Virus record (IMG/VR): IMGVR_UViG_3300033072_000946
DNA length: 64,000 bases
From: an uncultured virus (IMG/VR IMGVR_UViG_3300033072_000946)
Lineage: Duplodnaviria; Heunggongvirae; Uroviricota; Caudoviricetes
Strand: one strand, 5' to 3'
The notes under the pieces were generated by a model, which was not told the origin of the DNA, did no database searches, and saw only the letters and a list, made by a program, of their open reading frames with translations. The first letter of the stretch is position 1. Each line of letters opens with the position of its first letter. Shown in pieces: positions 26,892-36,876 of the stretch. A program made the position numbers and the translations under genes.

Positions 26892-27466
26892 CCTGGATAC
26901 AAGTTCGCAGCGGTAAGAAGTTCGACTTTATCACGCCCGATGTCGAGTCCGTCGACATTCTGGATATCGCGACCGCGCTCTCCCTCCAGTGTCGCTGGAA
27001 TGGACAGCTCGCTTCGCCGAGACATTTCGTCTCGGTCGCAGAGCATTCAGTTTTGGTGAGTGCAGTCGTTTCTCCGGTCGCTCGGCTATGGGGATTGCTT
27101 CACGATGGAAGCGAAGCCTATGTGGCTGACATTCCGAGGCCATTGAAACGACTGCTCCCCGAATATACCGAAATCGAGAATCGTGTTCAAGCGGTAATTC
27201 GAAGGAAGTTCGAAATATTCGCACCGATAGAAGTGCAAGAAGAGGTGCATCATGCCGATAGTCAGGCTTTGATCTTCGAGGCGGAAAAGGTATTGACACC
27301 GAAGTCGTTTGTGTTGTTTATGGACAACACAAGAGACTGGCTTTTTCCGGACACAAAGATCCAGGAAAAGCTTCGGAAAGTCGGGCTGAAATGCAAAGAC
27401 CCTTCCTGGGCTCGGGAGGACTTTTTGCTGGCCTATGACAAGATCGTAAGGAGTGAGTGGAAGTGA
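26888..27466 (+). CDS. HD-domain 5'-deoxynucleotidase (YfbR/DatZ-like)
   Basis: DIATALS..CRWNG, SVAEHS, LLHDGSEAYVADIPRPLK. Confidence 0.88.
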   Translation: MTWIQVRSGKKFDFITPDVESVDILDIATALSLQCRWNGQLASPRHFVSVAEHSVLVSAVVSPVARLWGLLHDGSEAYVADIPRPLKRLLPEYTEIENRVQAVIRRKFEIFAPIEVQEEVHHADSQALIFEAEKVLTPKSFVLFMDNTRDWLFPDTKIQEKLRKVGLKCKDPSWAREDFLLAYDKIVRSEWK

Positions 27467-29049
27467 CGCTAACCGGGCCCCAGATCCTCCGCGCTGTGGA
27501 ACAGTACGGCTCCGAGCGCGCTGCTGCTCGCGCTCTCGGCATTCCGCGCACGACCTTCCAGGAGGCGCATTGGAAAGCGAAGGACGAGAAGTTCGCCGCG
27601 CCGACGTTCGTCTCCCGCGACAAGATGAAGGCACGCAAGCTCCCGAAGAGGGGCAAGGGCGTGACCCGCTACATCCTCACCTCGGTCCAGGATGCGACTG
27701 AGGTCCACGAAGCGTTTCTCGACAACCTGGAGACGTTCGCGAAGATCATGAACGCGACTATTCTGGTCGCCGGGTTCACCTATAACAAGTCGCTCTTCGA
27801 CCCGTCTGCAAAGCGCAAGGCGGTATTCCACGAGCGCGTCGCCCCGTACCTCACCAACGAGCGCGTCCAACTCTGCAAGAACTTCGTGTTCTGCGGCGAG
27901 GTCAACATCAGCCCGACGGCGGTCAACCCGATCGCCGGGTTCGAAACCTACACGCGCGGCGCCTGGGGTGCGTTCCCGCACCCGCGCATCTGCGCGCGCT
28001 CGGTGCCGACGATGTTCCACGAGCCTGCGAAGATGGTGTTCACGACCGGCACCGTCTCGAAGACGAACTACGTCCCGCGCGCTGCTGGCTTCAAGGCTGA
28101 GTTCCACCACGTCATCGGCGCGCTCATCGTCGAGATCACGCCCGACGACGAAGTGTTCGTCCGCCAGATCATCGCCGAGGACGACGGCAGCTTCCAGGAT
28201 CTCGATCTCCGCATCACCGGCAAGGGTGGTGTGGTCGAGCCGGCGCGCGTCGAAGCGATCACGTGGGGCGACATCCACCTGGAGCAGATCGACGAGGAGG
28301 TCTTCAAGGGCGCATGGGGTCGCGGCGGAATGCTCGACACGCTCATGCCGAACTACCAGTTCCTCCATGACGTACTCGACTTCAAGGCGCGCAATCACCA
28401 CAACGCTCGTGATCCGCATCACGCGTTCGCACAGTTCTGGAACCTGGAGGACGGTGTCGCTGAGACGATCGAGAAGTGCGCCGCGTTCCTCGACAGCACG
28501 TCGCGGGACTGGTGCCAGAGCGTAGTCGTCGAGAGCAATCACGACCTCATGCTCAAGCGTTGGCTGAAAGAGGCTGACTACCGGACTGACCCTGCGAACG
28601 CGGTGATCTTCCTCGAACTCCAGCGCTCCATGTATCAGGCGATCATGGACGGACGGAAGGCGTTCTCACCGTTCGAGTACGCGTGTCGTCAGGTGCTCCC
28701 GCTCACGCACATCATCTTCCTCGACGAGAGCGACAGCTTCCGCATCTGCGGAGACATCGAGAACGGACTGCACGGACATCGTGGCGCGAACGGCGCCAAG
28801 GGCTCGCTGCTGACGTTCTCGAAGATGGGCCCGAAGGTCAACGTCGCACACACGCACAGTGCTGGCATCTACGAAGGTGCGTACTGCGCGGGCACGTCGT
28901 CGAAACTCGACATGGGTTACAATCGCGGCGGCCTTTCGTCGTGGTCGCACACCCACATCGTCACCTACCCGTCCGGCAAGCGCACCCTCGTCACGATGGT
29001 GGACGGCTGCTGGCACGCGAACGACTACGTCAGAAAGTTCAAGTCATGA
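27457..29049 (+). CDS. T5 A1-like metallophosphoesterase/nuclease with N-terminal HTH
   Basis: RYILTS.Q, YNK, WGDIH, NHHN, SNHD, HGHRGANG, HTHS, SSWSHTHIVTYPSGKR. Confidence 0.8.
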   Translation: MEVTLTGPQILRAVEQYGSERAAARALGIPRTTFQEAHWKAKDEKFAAPTFVSRDKMKARKLPKRGKGVTRYILTSVQDATEVHEAFLDNLETFAKIMNATILVAGFTYNKSLFDPSAKRKAVFHERVAPYLTNERVQLCKNFVFCGEVNISPTAVNPIAGFETYTRGAWGAFPHPRICARSVPTMFHEPAKMVFTTGTVSKTNYVPRAAGFKAEFHHVIGALIVEITPDDEVFVRQIIAEDDGSFQDLDLRITGKGGVVEPARVEAITWGDIHLEQIDEEVFKGAWGRGGMLDTLMPNYQFLHDVLDFKARNHHNARDPHHAFAQFWNLEDGVAETIEKCAAFLDSTSRDWCQSVVVESNHDLMLKRWLKEADYRTDPANAVIFLELQRSMYQAIMDGRKAFSPFEYACRQVLPLTHIIFLDESDSFRICGDIENGLHGHRGANGAKGSLLTFSKMGPKVNVAHTHSAGIYEGAYCAGTSSKLDMGYNRGGLSSWSHTHIVTYPSGKRTLVTMVDGCWHANDYVRKFKS

Positions 29050-31064
29050 GTGAGACCCTTCTGTACGACGTGGAGACCGACGGTCTCCTGCCGAAGATGA
29101 CTCGCATCCACTGTCTCGTGGTTTACAATCCCGAGACCAAGGAGACGACCGTCTACCGACACAATGACACGGAGAACACCATCGAGGACGGTGTGCGCCG
29201 ACTCATGGCTGCGAGCGTGATCGGAGGTCACAATATTTTGAGATTCGACGAGCTGGCAATCAAGAAGGTGTATCCATGGTACGCACCGACCGGGCGTCTA
29301 GTAGACACCCTAGTTCTTGTCCGTGTGCTCCATGCCAACATCAAGGAGCGCGACTTCGCACTCAACCGGAGGGGCATCCTTCCTGGTCAGTTGATCGGCT
29401 CACACTCGCTGGACTCTTGGGGTTATCGCCTCGGTCTCTCGAAAGGCGACTACTCGAAGAAGATGGTCGCACAGGGTCTTGATCCGTGGGCGAAGTGGAA
29501 CGAGTCTATGGAGGAATACTGCGTCCGCGACGTCGAGATCACGGCCATTCTGTGGGCCGGGCTGATGAAGGATCTGGAGAAGTGGTCGGGCTGGGACCCG
29601 ACCATGGAACAGGACATCCACGATCTTCTCGGGTACTGTGAAAGGCAGGGATTCCCTTTCGACCGGGCGGCGGCCCTAAAACTGCGCGACCGTCTCGAAG
29701 CCGAGTTCACTCGCCTCGTTGGTGAGGTGAAGCGGCGCTACGGGTTCTGGTACGCTCCAGAGAAGAAGAAGATCATCCGCAGCCCGTGGGCCGGTGCGCC
29801 CAAGCCGGAGAAGCCCAAACCGTACGGCGTCCCCAACACCGAGTGGGGCGAGGACGACTCTCGCGCCGTGTGGGCCGAGATGACGTTCCCGAAGCGCTCG
29901 CGCAAGTCTGCGAAGCTCGGTGATCTCACCGAGGGCGCACCGTTTTGTAAGATCGTGCGGAAGGACTTCAATCCCGCATCACGCGCGCACATCATCGATC
30001 GCTTCACGCTGATCCACCAGTGGACGCCTGAGGATTTCACGGAGACAGGCCAGCCGTCTGTCGACGACGCGGTTCTTCGCAAACTCACTGATCGCATCCC
30101 GGAAGCGGGGCTGCTGGCGGACATCTTGTTCCACCAGAAGATCCTCGGACAGCTCTCGAACGGCGCGGGCTCGTGGCTCAACACCGTCGAGGCCGATGGT
30201 CGCTCGCACTGCTACTATAACACTGGAGGCACGGTCACCGGGCGCTGCTCGCACATTGGTCCGAACCTCGGTCAGGTTCCGTCCGTGATGGTCGAGAAGA
30301 TCAACGGCGTCAAAACCGTGATGAAGGGTCGCGAAGGTGAGTACGGCTTCGAGTGCCGTTCGCTCTTCTATGTCCCGCCGCCGTGGAAGCAAGTCGGCGT
30401 CGACTTGTCTGGTCTCGAGTTCCGCTGTCTCGCTGAACAGTGCGTGCCGTACGACAACGGCGCGCTGATCGACGTCGTGCTCAACGGTGACATTCACGCC
30501 ATCAACATGGCGGCGACTGGCATCACGAACCGCGAAATCATCAAGCGCGTGATCTACGGCATGCTCTACGGCGCCGGGGATCTCAAGCTCGGTATCATCG
30601 TACAGCCGTTCTGGTCCGAGGATCGTCAGCGCGCGCTCGGTAAGCAGATCCGCGATCAGCTCATGAAGGGGCTGCCCGCGCTCGCGAAGGCGATTGCTGC
30701 GGTCCGCAGGCAGGCTGCGACGGGACATCTGATCGGTCTCGACGGACGTCCGCTGTTCGTGCGCTCGGAGCACGCGGCCTTCAACATGCGTCTCCAATCG
30801 GACGGCGCAATGATCTCGAAGAAGTGGGTGCTGCTCATTGAGCAGTACCTCCTTCAGCACGGACTTAATCACGGCTGGGACGGAGACTTTGTGCTGCTCG
30901 CGTTCGTGCATGACGAGGTCCAGCTCGCCTGCAAGCCTGAGTACGTTGATCTCGTGAAGGTGGAAGCAGTGCGCGCCGCGCGCGACGCGGGCACTTACTT
31001 CAACTTCCGCTGCCCGATCGACGCCGAGGCGAAGGTCGGACAGAATTGGGCGGAGTGTCACTAA
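29046..31064 (+). CDS. polA: T7-like family A DNA polymerase with 3'-5' exonuclease
   Basis: YDVETDG, GHNILRFD, TVTGRCSH, DLSGLEFR, KRVIYGMLYGAG, FVHDEVQ. Confidence 0.95.
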   Translation: MSETLLYDVETDGLLPKMTRIHCLVVYNPETKETTVYRHNDTENTIEDGVRRLMAASVIGGHNILRFDELAIKKVYPWYAPTGRLVDTLVLVRVLHANIKERDFALNRRGILPGQLIGSHSLDSWGYRLGLSKGDYSKKMVAQGLDPWAKWNESMEEYCVRDVEITAILWAGLMKDLEKWSGWDPTMEQDIHDLLGYCERQGFPFDRAAALKLRDRLEAEFTRLVGEVKRRYGFWYAPEKKKIIRSPWAGAPKPEKPKPYGVPNTEWGEDDSRAVWAEMTFPKRSRKSAKLGDLTEGAPFCKIVRKDFNPASRAHIIDRFTLIHQWTPEDFTETGQPSVDDAVLRKLTDRIPEAGLLADILFHQKILGQLSNGAGSWLNTVEADGRSHCYYNTGGTVTGRCSHIGPNLGQVPSVMVEKINGVKTVMKGREGEYGFECRSLFYVPPPWKQVGVDLSGLEFRCLAEQCVPYDNGALIDVVLNGDIHAINMAATGITNREIIKRVIYGMLYGAGDLKLGIIVQPFWSEDRQRALGKQIRDQLMKGLPALAKAIAAVRRQAATGHLIGLDGRPLFVRSEHAAFNMRLQSDGAMISKKWVLLIEQYLLQHGLNHGWDGDFVLLAFVHDEVQLACKPEYVDLVKVEAVRAARDAGTYFNFRCPIDAEAKVGQNWAECH

Positions 31065-31550
31065 ATGAAAACACTCACTCACGAGCAGGCTGTTGCTTTG
31101 TTCCACTACAATCAGGAGACGGGAGAGGTGTTCTCCCGTCGGCTTGGGCGTCGTATTGGATATCCTATTGAGAACGGCAGATATCGGATAATCCACACCG
31201 TTGATATGCCCCGGCGTGAGTATGAGCACAGGCTTGTCTGGTTCTTGATGACCGGGCGCTGGCCTGTCGAAATCGATCACGTCAACGGCGATCCGTGTGA
31301 CAACCGCTGGTGTAATCTACGCGAAGCATCCAGACGAGAGAACGCCCGCAATCGTGGAAAGCAGCGGAACAACCCGCACGGCTACAAAGGCGTCACCGTC
31401 CGCACAGACTGCCCTTCCAAGCCCTTCTGTGCGGCCATAAACGTCGGTGGAAAGCGGAAGCATCTGGGATACTTCTCCACCGCCGAAGAGGCGCATCAGG
31501 CTTATTGGGAAGCCGCACAGAAGTACCACGGTGATTTTGCTCGAAAGTAG
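31065..31550 (+). CDS. HNH homing endonuclease with AP2 domain
   Basis: IDHVNGDPCDNRWCNLR; HLGYFSTAEEAHQAY. Confidence 0.92.
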   Translation: MKTLTHEQAVALFHYNQETGEVFSRRLGRRIGYPIENGRYRIIHTVDMPRREYEHRLVWFLMTGRWPVEIDHVNGDPCDNRWCNLREASRRENARNRGKQRNNPHGYKGVTVRTDCPSKPFCAAINVGGKRKHLGYFSTAEEAHQAYWEAAQKYHGDFARK

Positions 31551-31612
31551 CGTTACCCTCATTGACATAGGTCCTAATTTGCGTCATTAAGGATGACGAA
31601 AGGAATTCAGCC

Positions 31613-32695
31613 GTGCATCTCGACCTCGACAAAGTCTTCAACGATTACATCGCCTCGAAGCAGAAGGTGTGGAAACACGATCGTTCCACAACTCTCGGCG
31701 CCTCTGAGGCTTTCCGGTGCAATCGTTGGAATTGGTTCGATAAGATCGGCCGCAAGAAAGGCTTCAAACCCGATGAGGAAGAGCAGAATTGGGGCGCAAT
31801 GGAGCGCGGCAATCTCCTGGAGGATCACTTTGTGGCTCCTGCCATGGAGGGATACCTTCCTGAGCCTCTGGACCTGCTCTTTGCCGGGCAGAGCAATCAG
31901 CGAACTCTTGTGGATGGGCGTAATAGCTCGACACCTGACGGCCTCATCGTGGGAATTCCTGAGGGTCCGCTCACGATCACGGCAAAGAACGTCACGATCG
32001 AGATCCCTTACGTACGCGCAGGATGCATCGGTCTGGAGATCAAATCGATCGATCCGCGAGCTGGTCTAGCTACGGAGAAGGTGAAGCATCGCGGGCAGGC
32101 CCAAATCGGAATGGGCATCATTCGCGAGACGACGGAGTATAAGCCGGACCATTGGCTCATTCTCTACATCGACGCCAGCTTCATCAACAACATCACGCCG
32201 TTCGTGATCGACTACGATCCCGAGGTGTACGCGTCCGCCAAGGCCCGCGCCGATCAGGTGTGGTCTGCGGAGGACCCGTTGGAGCTGTTTCCTGAGGGAA
32301 AGCTCTCTGGAGACTGCGATCACTGCACGTTCAAGACGGCGTGCGGCGAGGCCGTGCTCTCCGAGTACGCGTCGGCGCGCAAGAATGCGGAAGTCGACCC
32401 CGCTGTCGTCAACGCGTTCCAGCCGAAAGTGCTCCGTTTCCTCGATCTGAAAGAGCAGATCGCGGCACTGGAGCGCGAACAGAAGACATTGAAAGAGGAA
32501 ATTCAAGCCGAGCTTCTTGAGAACAAGAGGACCGGAGTGAAGACGGGATCGTGGCGAGTGACCCTCGCCAAGATGCCAGGAAAGGAGTCGATCGACCGAA
32601 GGGCTCTCGAAGCCAGCGGCATCGACATTTCGCAGTACCTCAAACGAGGTCAGGACTACACCCAACTCACAATCGCAAGGAAAGACGAAAGCTAA
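31613..32695 (+). CDS. PD-(D/E)XK exonuclease (Cas4/YqaJ-like)
   Basis: GASE..RC, TPDG, EIKS, QAQIGMG, CDHCTFKTAC. Confidence 0.8.
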   Translation: MHLDLDKVFNDYIASKQKVWKHDRSTTLGASEAFRCNRWNWFDKIGRKKGFKPDEEEQNWGAMERGNLLEDHFVAPAMEGYLPEPLDLLFAGQSNQRTLVDGRNSSTPDGLIVGIPEGPLTITAKNVTIEIPYVRAGCIGLEIKSIDPRAGLATEKVKHRGQAQIGMGIIRETTEYKPDHWLILYIDASFINNITPFVIDYDPEVYASAKARADQVWSAEDPLELFPEGKLSGDCDHCTFKTACGEAVLSEYASARKNAEVDPAVVNAFQPKVLRFLDLKEQIAALEREQKTLKEEIQAELLENKRTGVKTGSWRVTLAKMPGKESIDRRALEASGIDISQYLKRGQDYTQLTIARKDES

Positions 32696-32699
32696 CACC

Positions 32700-33425
32700 A
32701 TGTCACAGGATCTTGTTTCTCAGGCAGCAGCGGGTGGGCTGGGCGCGCTGATGGACCCTCTCAACAACCCGTTCCTCGCTCACGCCGAGGAGCTGGGTGT
32801 GAAGGGTGGTGCCTACCTCCGCCACAACGGCAACAGCGGTCAGTGGACTACTGTCGGTCAGACCCCGGTCGACGACGGTTCGCTGTGGGCGTTCAACCTG
32901 CTCCACGCCGAGCGTGGCTACCAGGGCTGGGGCGACGGCAAGCTCATCGACGAGGTCTGGGTCTCGATCATGTCTCGGCAGCCGTTGCCGGACGTGTCGC
33001 AGCTCCAGGTCATCCAGAAGAAGAAGGAGAGCGACGGCTGGCGTCTGTCGGTGAAGGTGCCGGTGCGTTCGGTCGACGGCGGCCCGCAGTGCGATATGGT
33101 GATGAAGGCTGACACGGCCTACCGTCCCATCAACCGTCTCCTGAAGGAGTTCGGTCAGCAGGTCGCGCTCAACATCGATCCCAAGACCAAGCGTCCCAAG
33201 ATCCCGATCGTCGAGATCGGCTCCGAGGGCTTCGAGGTCAAGGGTGTAGGCACGAAGCACGCGCCGACGTTCAAGATCGTCGAGTGGCGTACGGAGGAGG
33301 AGCTGGCAGAGCTGGCGGAGAATACCGAGCCCGCTGGTGAGGAGCCCGCTCCGGCGGCTCCCGCCACGCCTCCGGCGAACGCGCCGCTGCCGCCGACGCA
33401 GCGCACGGTCGGTAAGCGTCTCTGA
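32700..33425 (+). CDS. Putative ssDNA-binding/annealing protein
   Basis: Follows the exonuclease; PIVEI....PTFKIVEW and an acidic/Pro-rich tail. Confidence 0.65.
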   Translation: MSQDLVSQAAAGGLGALMDPLNNPFLAHAEELGVKGGAYLRHNGNSGQWTTVGQTPVDDGSLWAFNLLHAERGYQGWGDGKLIDEVWVSIMSRQPLPDVSQLQVIQKKKESDGWRLSVKVPVRSVDGGPQCDMVMKADTAYRPINRLLKEFGQQVALNIDPKTKRPKIPIVEIGSEGFEVKGVGTKHAPTFKIVEWRTEEELAELAENTEPAGEEPAPAAPATPPANAPLPPTQRTVGKRL

Positions 33426-33847
33426 TGGCGCGCACGAAGGCCATGGCGAGCGGGGACGCGTCTGTCCCCGCCGCCTACCCCGATGACAACCCAAAGACCG
33501 TCCTGGGGCTCCAGAAGCCCGGCATCGGGGCCGTGCCACCTATCGCCATCCTTCAGCTTGGCCTCGCCATGGCGGACGGCAAGCGGAAGTACGGACTGAC
33601 CAACTGGCGAGAGAAGACTGTCTCCGCGAGCGTGTACTACGAAGCCATGTTCCGACACATGGCCGCGTGGTACGACGGCGAGGACATCGCCGAGGACAGT
33701 CTCGTCCATCACCTCGGACACGTGATGGCGTGCTGCGCCATCCTGCTTGACGCGGCTTCGCTCGGCAAACTCAACGATGATCGTCCGTCAGTTCCCGGAA
33801 TGACGTCACAGTTTGTCAAAGATTACGTGGAAGCACGTAAGAAGTGA
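33425..33847 (+). CDS. dATP/dGTP diphosphohydrolase domain protein (DUF5664)
   Basis: NPKT..G..KP...VPP, GKRKYG..NWR, AMFRH, GED...DS.VHHLGH. Confidence 0.9.
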   Translation: MARTKAMASGDASVPAAYPDDNPKTVLGLQKPGIGAVPPIAILQLGLAMADGKRKYGLTNWREKTVSASVYYEAMFRHMAAWYDGEDIAEDSLVHHLGHVMACCAILLDAASLGKLNDDRPSVPGMTSQFVKDYVEARKK

Positions 33848-33935
33848 CAGACTGTTAACGACAATCACTACGCGCGGTTGATCGCTGTTCTCCGCCCCAC
33901 CTAGAGTTGCCTGACGTCAAGTGTGGGAGACACTT

Positions 33936-34127
33936 ATGCCTCGCCTGTGTTTGATCATCGAAGACAATGAAGACGGCGGCATCGGAATGCATATCGAGGA
34001 CCCGCCCAAACTCGAAACCGCTCAAGATCTCAGCCCGGCTATTTTGCTGGCATTGGGAATTCTCGTCGGTTTCGAGAAGGATGGTCTGAAAGATTTGGCC
34101 GTGGAAGTCACCGAATTCTTGAATTGA
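33936..34127 (+). CDS. Small hypothetical protein
   Basis: GGGAG SD, ATG at 33936. Confidence 0.55.
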   Translation: MPRLCLIIEDNEDGGIGMHIEDPPKLETAQDLSPAILLALGILVGFEKDGLKDLAVEVTEFLN

Positions 34128-34154
34128 CTTTCTCGGTCATTTTCGATAACTTCG

Positions 34155-34170
34155 TTAACCTTGAATTAAC
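34155..34170. promoter_or_regulatory. Perfect CtrA-type box TTAA-N7-TTAAC upstream of RNR
   Basis: TTAACCTTGAATTAAC. Confidence 0.6.
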
Positions 34171-34194
34171 GAACAGTTATCGGAGATCACTGAA

Positions 34195-36240
34195 GTGACG
34201 GTCACCCCTTCCGTCCGCGCTGCCATCGTGGAAGCCCGGACCTATCTGCGCCCTCTCAATCCCGAAGGCACCATGTTCGAGACGGTCGGCCAAGCTGCCG
34301 ACCGGATTATCGACCATCAGCGCTGGCTGTGGATGCGCGCCAAAGCAGGCATGGAGTTCACCGGCTCGGGCGAGCGGAAGGACTGGCTGCTCGCCTCCCT
34401 GTCTCCGTCTGAGGAAGCGGAGCTTCAGGAACTGAAGCAGCTCTTCCTCGATCGCAAGGTGACCGTCGCTGGCCGCACCCGCTGGCTCGGTGGGACGCCG
34501 ATCGCCAAGACGCGCGAGTCGTCCAACTTCAACTGCTCGTTCCTGGAGGTCCGCACCGTTCACGACGTCGTGGACGCGTTGTGGCTGTTGCTCCAGGGCT
34601 GCGGTGTGGGCTTCCGCCCGATGCCGGGCAGTCTCAACGGCTTCCGCCGCCCCATCAAGAATGTCGAGGTGATCCGCACGAAGCGCGGTCCGCAGGACCG
34701 TGGGCGTGAGGACAACGTCGAGACCTACGACGCCAAGACGGGTGTGTGGACGATCAGCGTCGGCGACAGCGCGCAGGCGTGGGCCAAATCTATCGGGAAG
34801 CTGCTCGCTGGCAAGCACCCGGCGAAGAAGCTCGTGCTCGATTTCTCCGAGATCCGTGGCGCGGGCGGACGTCTGCGTTCGTACGGCTGGATCTCGTCCG
34901 GTGACGAGCAGATCGCGAAGGCGTACGTCGCCATCGCGAAGCTGCTGTCGGATCGTTCCGGTCAGCTCCTCACCGCGATCGACATTCTCGACATCCTCAA
35001 CTGGCTCGGGACGATCCTGTCCTCGCGTCGGTCGGCGGAGATCGCCGTGCTCCCGTACGGCGATCCGGAGTGGCGCGCATTCGCGACAGCAAAAAAGGAC
35101 CATTTCGCTGACAACCCGCAGCGAGCGCAGTCGAACAACTCCTTGATGTTCATGTCGCGTCCGACGCGCGCGGACCTGGAGGAGGTGTTCTCGCTGATGC
35201 TGGACGCGGGCGGCAGCGAGCCGGGCTTCATCAACGCGGCTGCGGCGAAGAAGCGCGCGCCGTGGTTCTCTGGCATCAACCCGTGCGCAGAGATCCTGCT
35301 GGGAGACAAGAGCTTCTGCAATCTCGTCGAGACCGCGCTGCACCGCTTCAATGGTGACTGGGCGGGCCTCATGCACGCGCACTGGCTTGTGGCTCGCGCC
35401 AACTACCGTCAGACGTGCGTCGACCTTCGCGACGACGTGCTGCAGGAAGCTTGGCACCAGCTCAACAACTATCTGCGTCTGTGCGGTGTCGGCGTGACCG
35501 GTGTTGTCGCGTGGGACCACGCCAACGATCCGACAGCGTGGGAGCAGCTTCATCTCTGCGCCACCAACGGTGCGCAGGGCATGGCAATCCAGCTCGGCAT
35601 GCAGCCGCCCGCTGCGGTCACCACGATCAAGCCGTCCGGGACGCAGTCGAAGACGATGGGCATCGAAGGCCTGGAGTGCCCCGAGGGCGTTCACAAGCCG
35701 CTCGGGCGCTACATCTTCAACCGCATCCGCTTCAACGTTCACGACCCGCTGGTCGCGAAGCTTGGCGCTGCGGGCTACCAGATCGAAGAGGACCCGTACG
35801 ACGAGACCGGCTGTCTCATCGTCATGCCCGTCGAGTTCCACGGCATCGACTTCGAAAAGGTCGAGATCGGCGGCGAGATCGTGGAGGTGAACCAGGAGCC
35901 CGCCATCGCGCAGCTCGAACGCTACAAGCTGACGATGCAGGACTACGTCGATCACAACACGTCGATCACGGTCTCCTACTCTCCGGAGGAGGTGCCCGCG
36001 ATCATCGACTGGCTGCTCGACAATTGGGACGTCTACGTCGGTGTGTCGTTCATCTACCGGACGGACCCGACCAAGACGGCGGCGGATCTCGGGTACCCGT
36101 ATCTTCCGCAGACGGTCGTGTCTGAGAGCACGTTCCGGAGCTACGTCGAGAAGCTGAAGCCCGTCGACCTGACTGGCCTCGCTTCGACCACGATGGTCGA
36201 CGCCGAGGAGTGCCAGAGCGGCGTGTGCCCTGTTCGTTAA
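34195..36240 (+). CDS. nrdJ: Class II (B12-dependent) ribonucleotide reductase
   Basis: FNCSF, GCGVGF, NPCAEI, FCNL, TTIKPSGT, C-terminal CQSGVCPVR. Confidence 0.92.
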   Translation: MTVTPSVRAAIVEARTYLRPLNPEGTMFETVGQAADRIIDHQRWLWMRAKAGMEFTGSGERKDWLLASLSPSEEAELQELKQLFLDRKVTVAGRTRWLGGTPIAKTRESSNFNCSFLEVRTVHDVVDALWLLLQGCGVGFRPMPGSLNGFRRPIKNVEVIRTKRGPQDRGREDNVETYDAKTGVWTISVGDSAQAWAKSIGKLLAGKHPAKKLVLDFSEIRGAGGRLRSYGWISSGDEQIAKAYVAIAKLLSDRSGQLLTAIDILDILNWLGTILSSRRSAEIAVLPYGDPEWRAFATAKKDHFADNPQRAQSNNSLMFMSRPTRADLEEVFSLMLDAGGSEPGFINAAAAKKRAPWFSGINPCAEILLGDKSFCNLVETALHRFNGDWAGLMHAHWLVARANYRQTCVDLRDDVLQEAWHQLNNYLRLCGVGVTGVVAWDHANDPTAWEQLHLCATNGAQGMAIQLGMQPPAAVTTIKPSGTQSKTMGIEGLECPEGVHKPLGRYIFNRIRFNVHDPLVAKLGAAGYQIEEDPYDETGCLIVMPVEFHGIDFEKVEIGGEIVEVNQEPAIAQLERYKLTMQDYVDHNTSITVSYSPEEVPAIIDWLLDNWDVYVGVSFIYRTDPTKTAADLGYPYLPQTVVSESTFRSYVEKLKPVDLTGLASTTMVDAEECQSGVCPVR

Positions 36241-36325
36241 CTTTTAATGTGATCTAGGTTGACACGCGTTACGGAAGCCTGTACCACTGTGTCATCCTAG
36301 ATCACTCTCTCAGGGACCCATCACC

Positions 36326-36439
36326 ATGGATGCGCTTCTCGCTGTCGTCGTCGTGCTCGGCGTCGCTGCCATCATCGTCTACAAGGTCCGCCCCGATCTC
36401 GTGGACAAGGCCAAGAAGAAGCTCTTCGGGGGCGAGTGA
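36326..36439 (+). CDS. Small single-TM protein
   Basis: MDALLAVVVVLGVAAIIVYKVRPDLVDKAKKKLFGGE*. Confidence 0.6.
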   Translation: MDALLAVVVVLGVAAIIVYKVRPDLVDKAKKKLFGGE

Positions 36440-36876
36440 TGCCCCTGACCCTTTTCACCCTGGAGCCCGGCGGAAAAGCTCCCGCCCGGGCCTACAAGGG
36501 TGATGCCGGGACGGACGTGTTTGCCCGTCTCGAATATCCCGACCGACCCATCAAGTTGTTCCCTGGTCAGCGCGTGCTGGTCAAGGTCGGCTTTCGGATG
36601 GCGGTGGAGTACGGATACTACGCACGCGTAGCACCGCGCTCCGGCCTCGCGCTCGGCGACGGGATTGACGTCCTGGCAGGCGTCATCGACCCGGGGTATC
36701 GCGGCGAAGTCGCGGTCCTGTTGATCAACCACGGACGCGGGCCGTTCGAGATCAAGCATCACGACAAGATCGCGCAAATCATCATCGAGAAGATCTCCGA
36801 GGACGACTGGGTGCAGTCGAACGGCCTTCCCGACGATGATCGCGGCGAGAACGGCTACGGATCGACAGGTCGATGA
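36439..36876 (+). CDS. dut: dUTPase
   Basis: AGTD, RSG, GVIDPGYRGE, KIAQ, RGENGYGSTG. Confidence 0.95.
   Translation: MPLTLFTLEPGGKAPARAYKGDAGTDVFARLEYPDRPIKLFPGQRVLVKVGFRMAVEYGYYARVAPRSGLALGDGIDVLAGVIDPGYRGEVAVLLINHGRGPFEIKHHDKIAQIIIEKISEDDWVQSNGLPDDDRGENGYGSTGR

Noticed and set aside
28683..29045. N-terminal extension of polA in the ORF track (likewise 26750, 37445, 38267, 47736, 48008)
   Set aside because: Translationally coupled or SD-preceded ATG starts downstream fit the family N-termini; the extensions overlap upstream genes.
26888..33847. Z-genome (2-aminoadenine) pathway
   Set aside because: No PurZ homologue in the window; kept only as a low-level finding.
29046..36240. Introns or inteins in polA or nrdJ near the HNH gene
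   Set aside because: Both ORFs are continuous and of normal length with no intein motifs; the HNH gene is free-standing.
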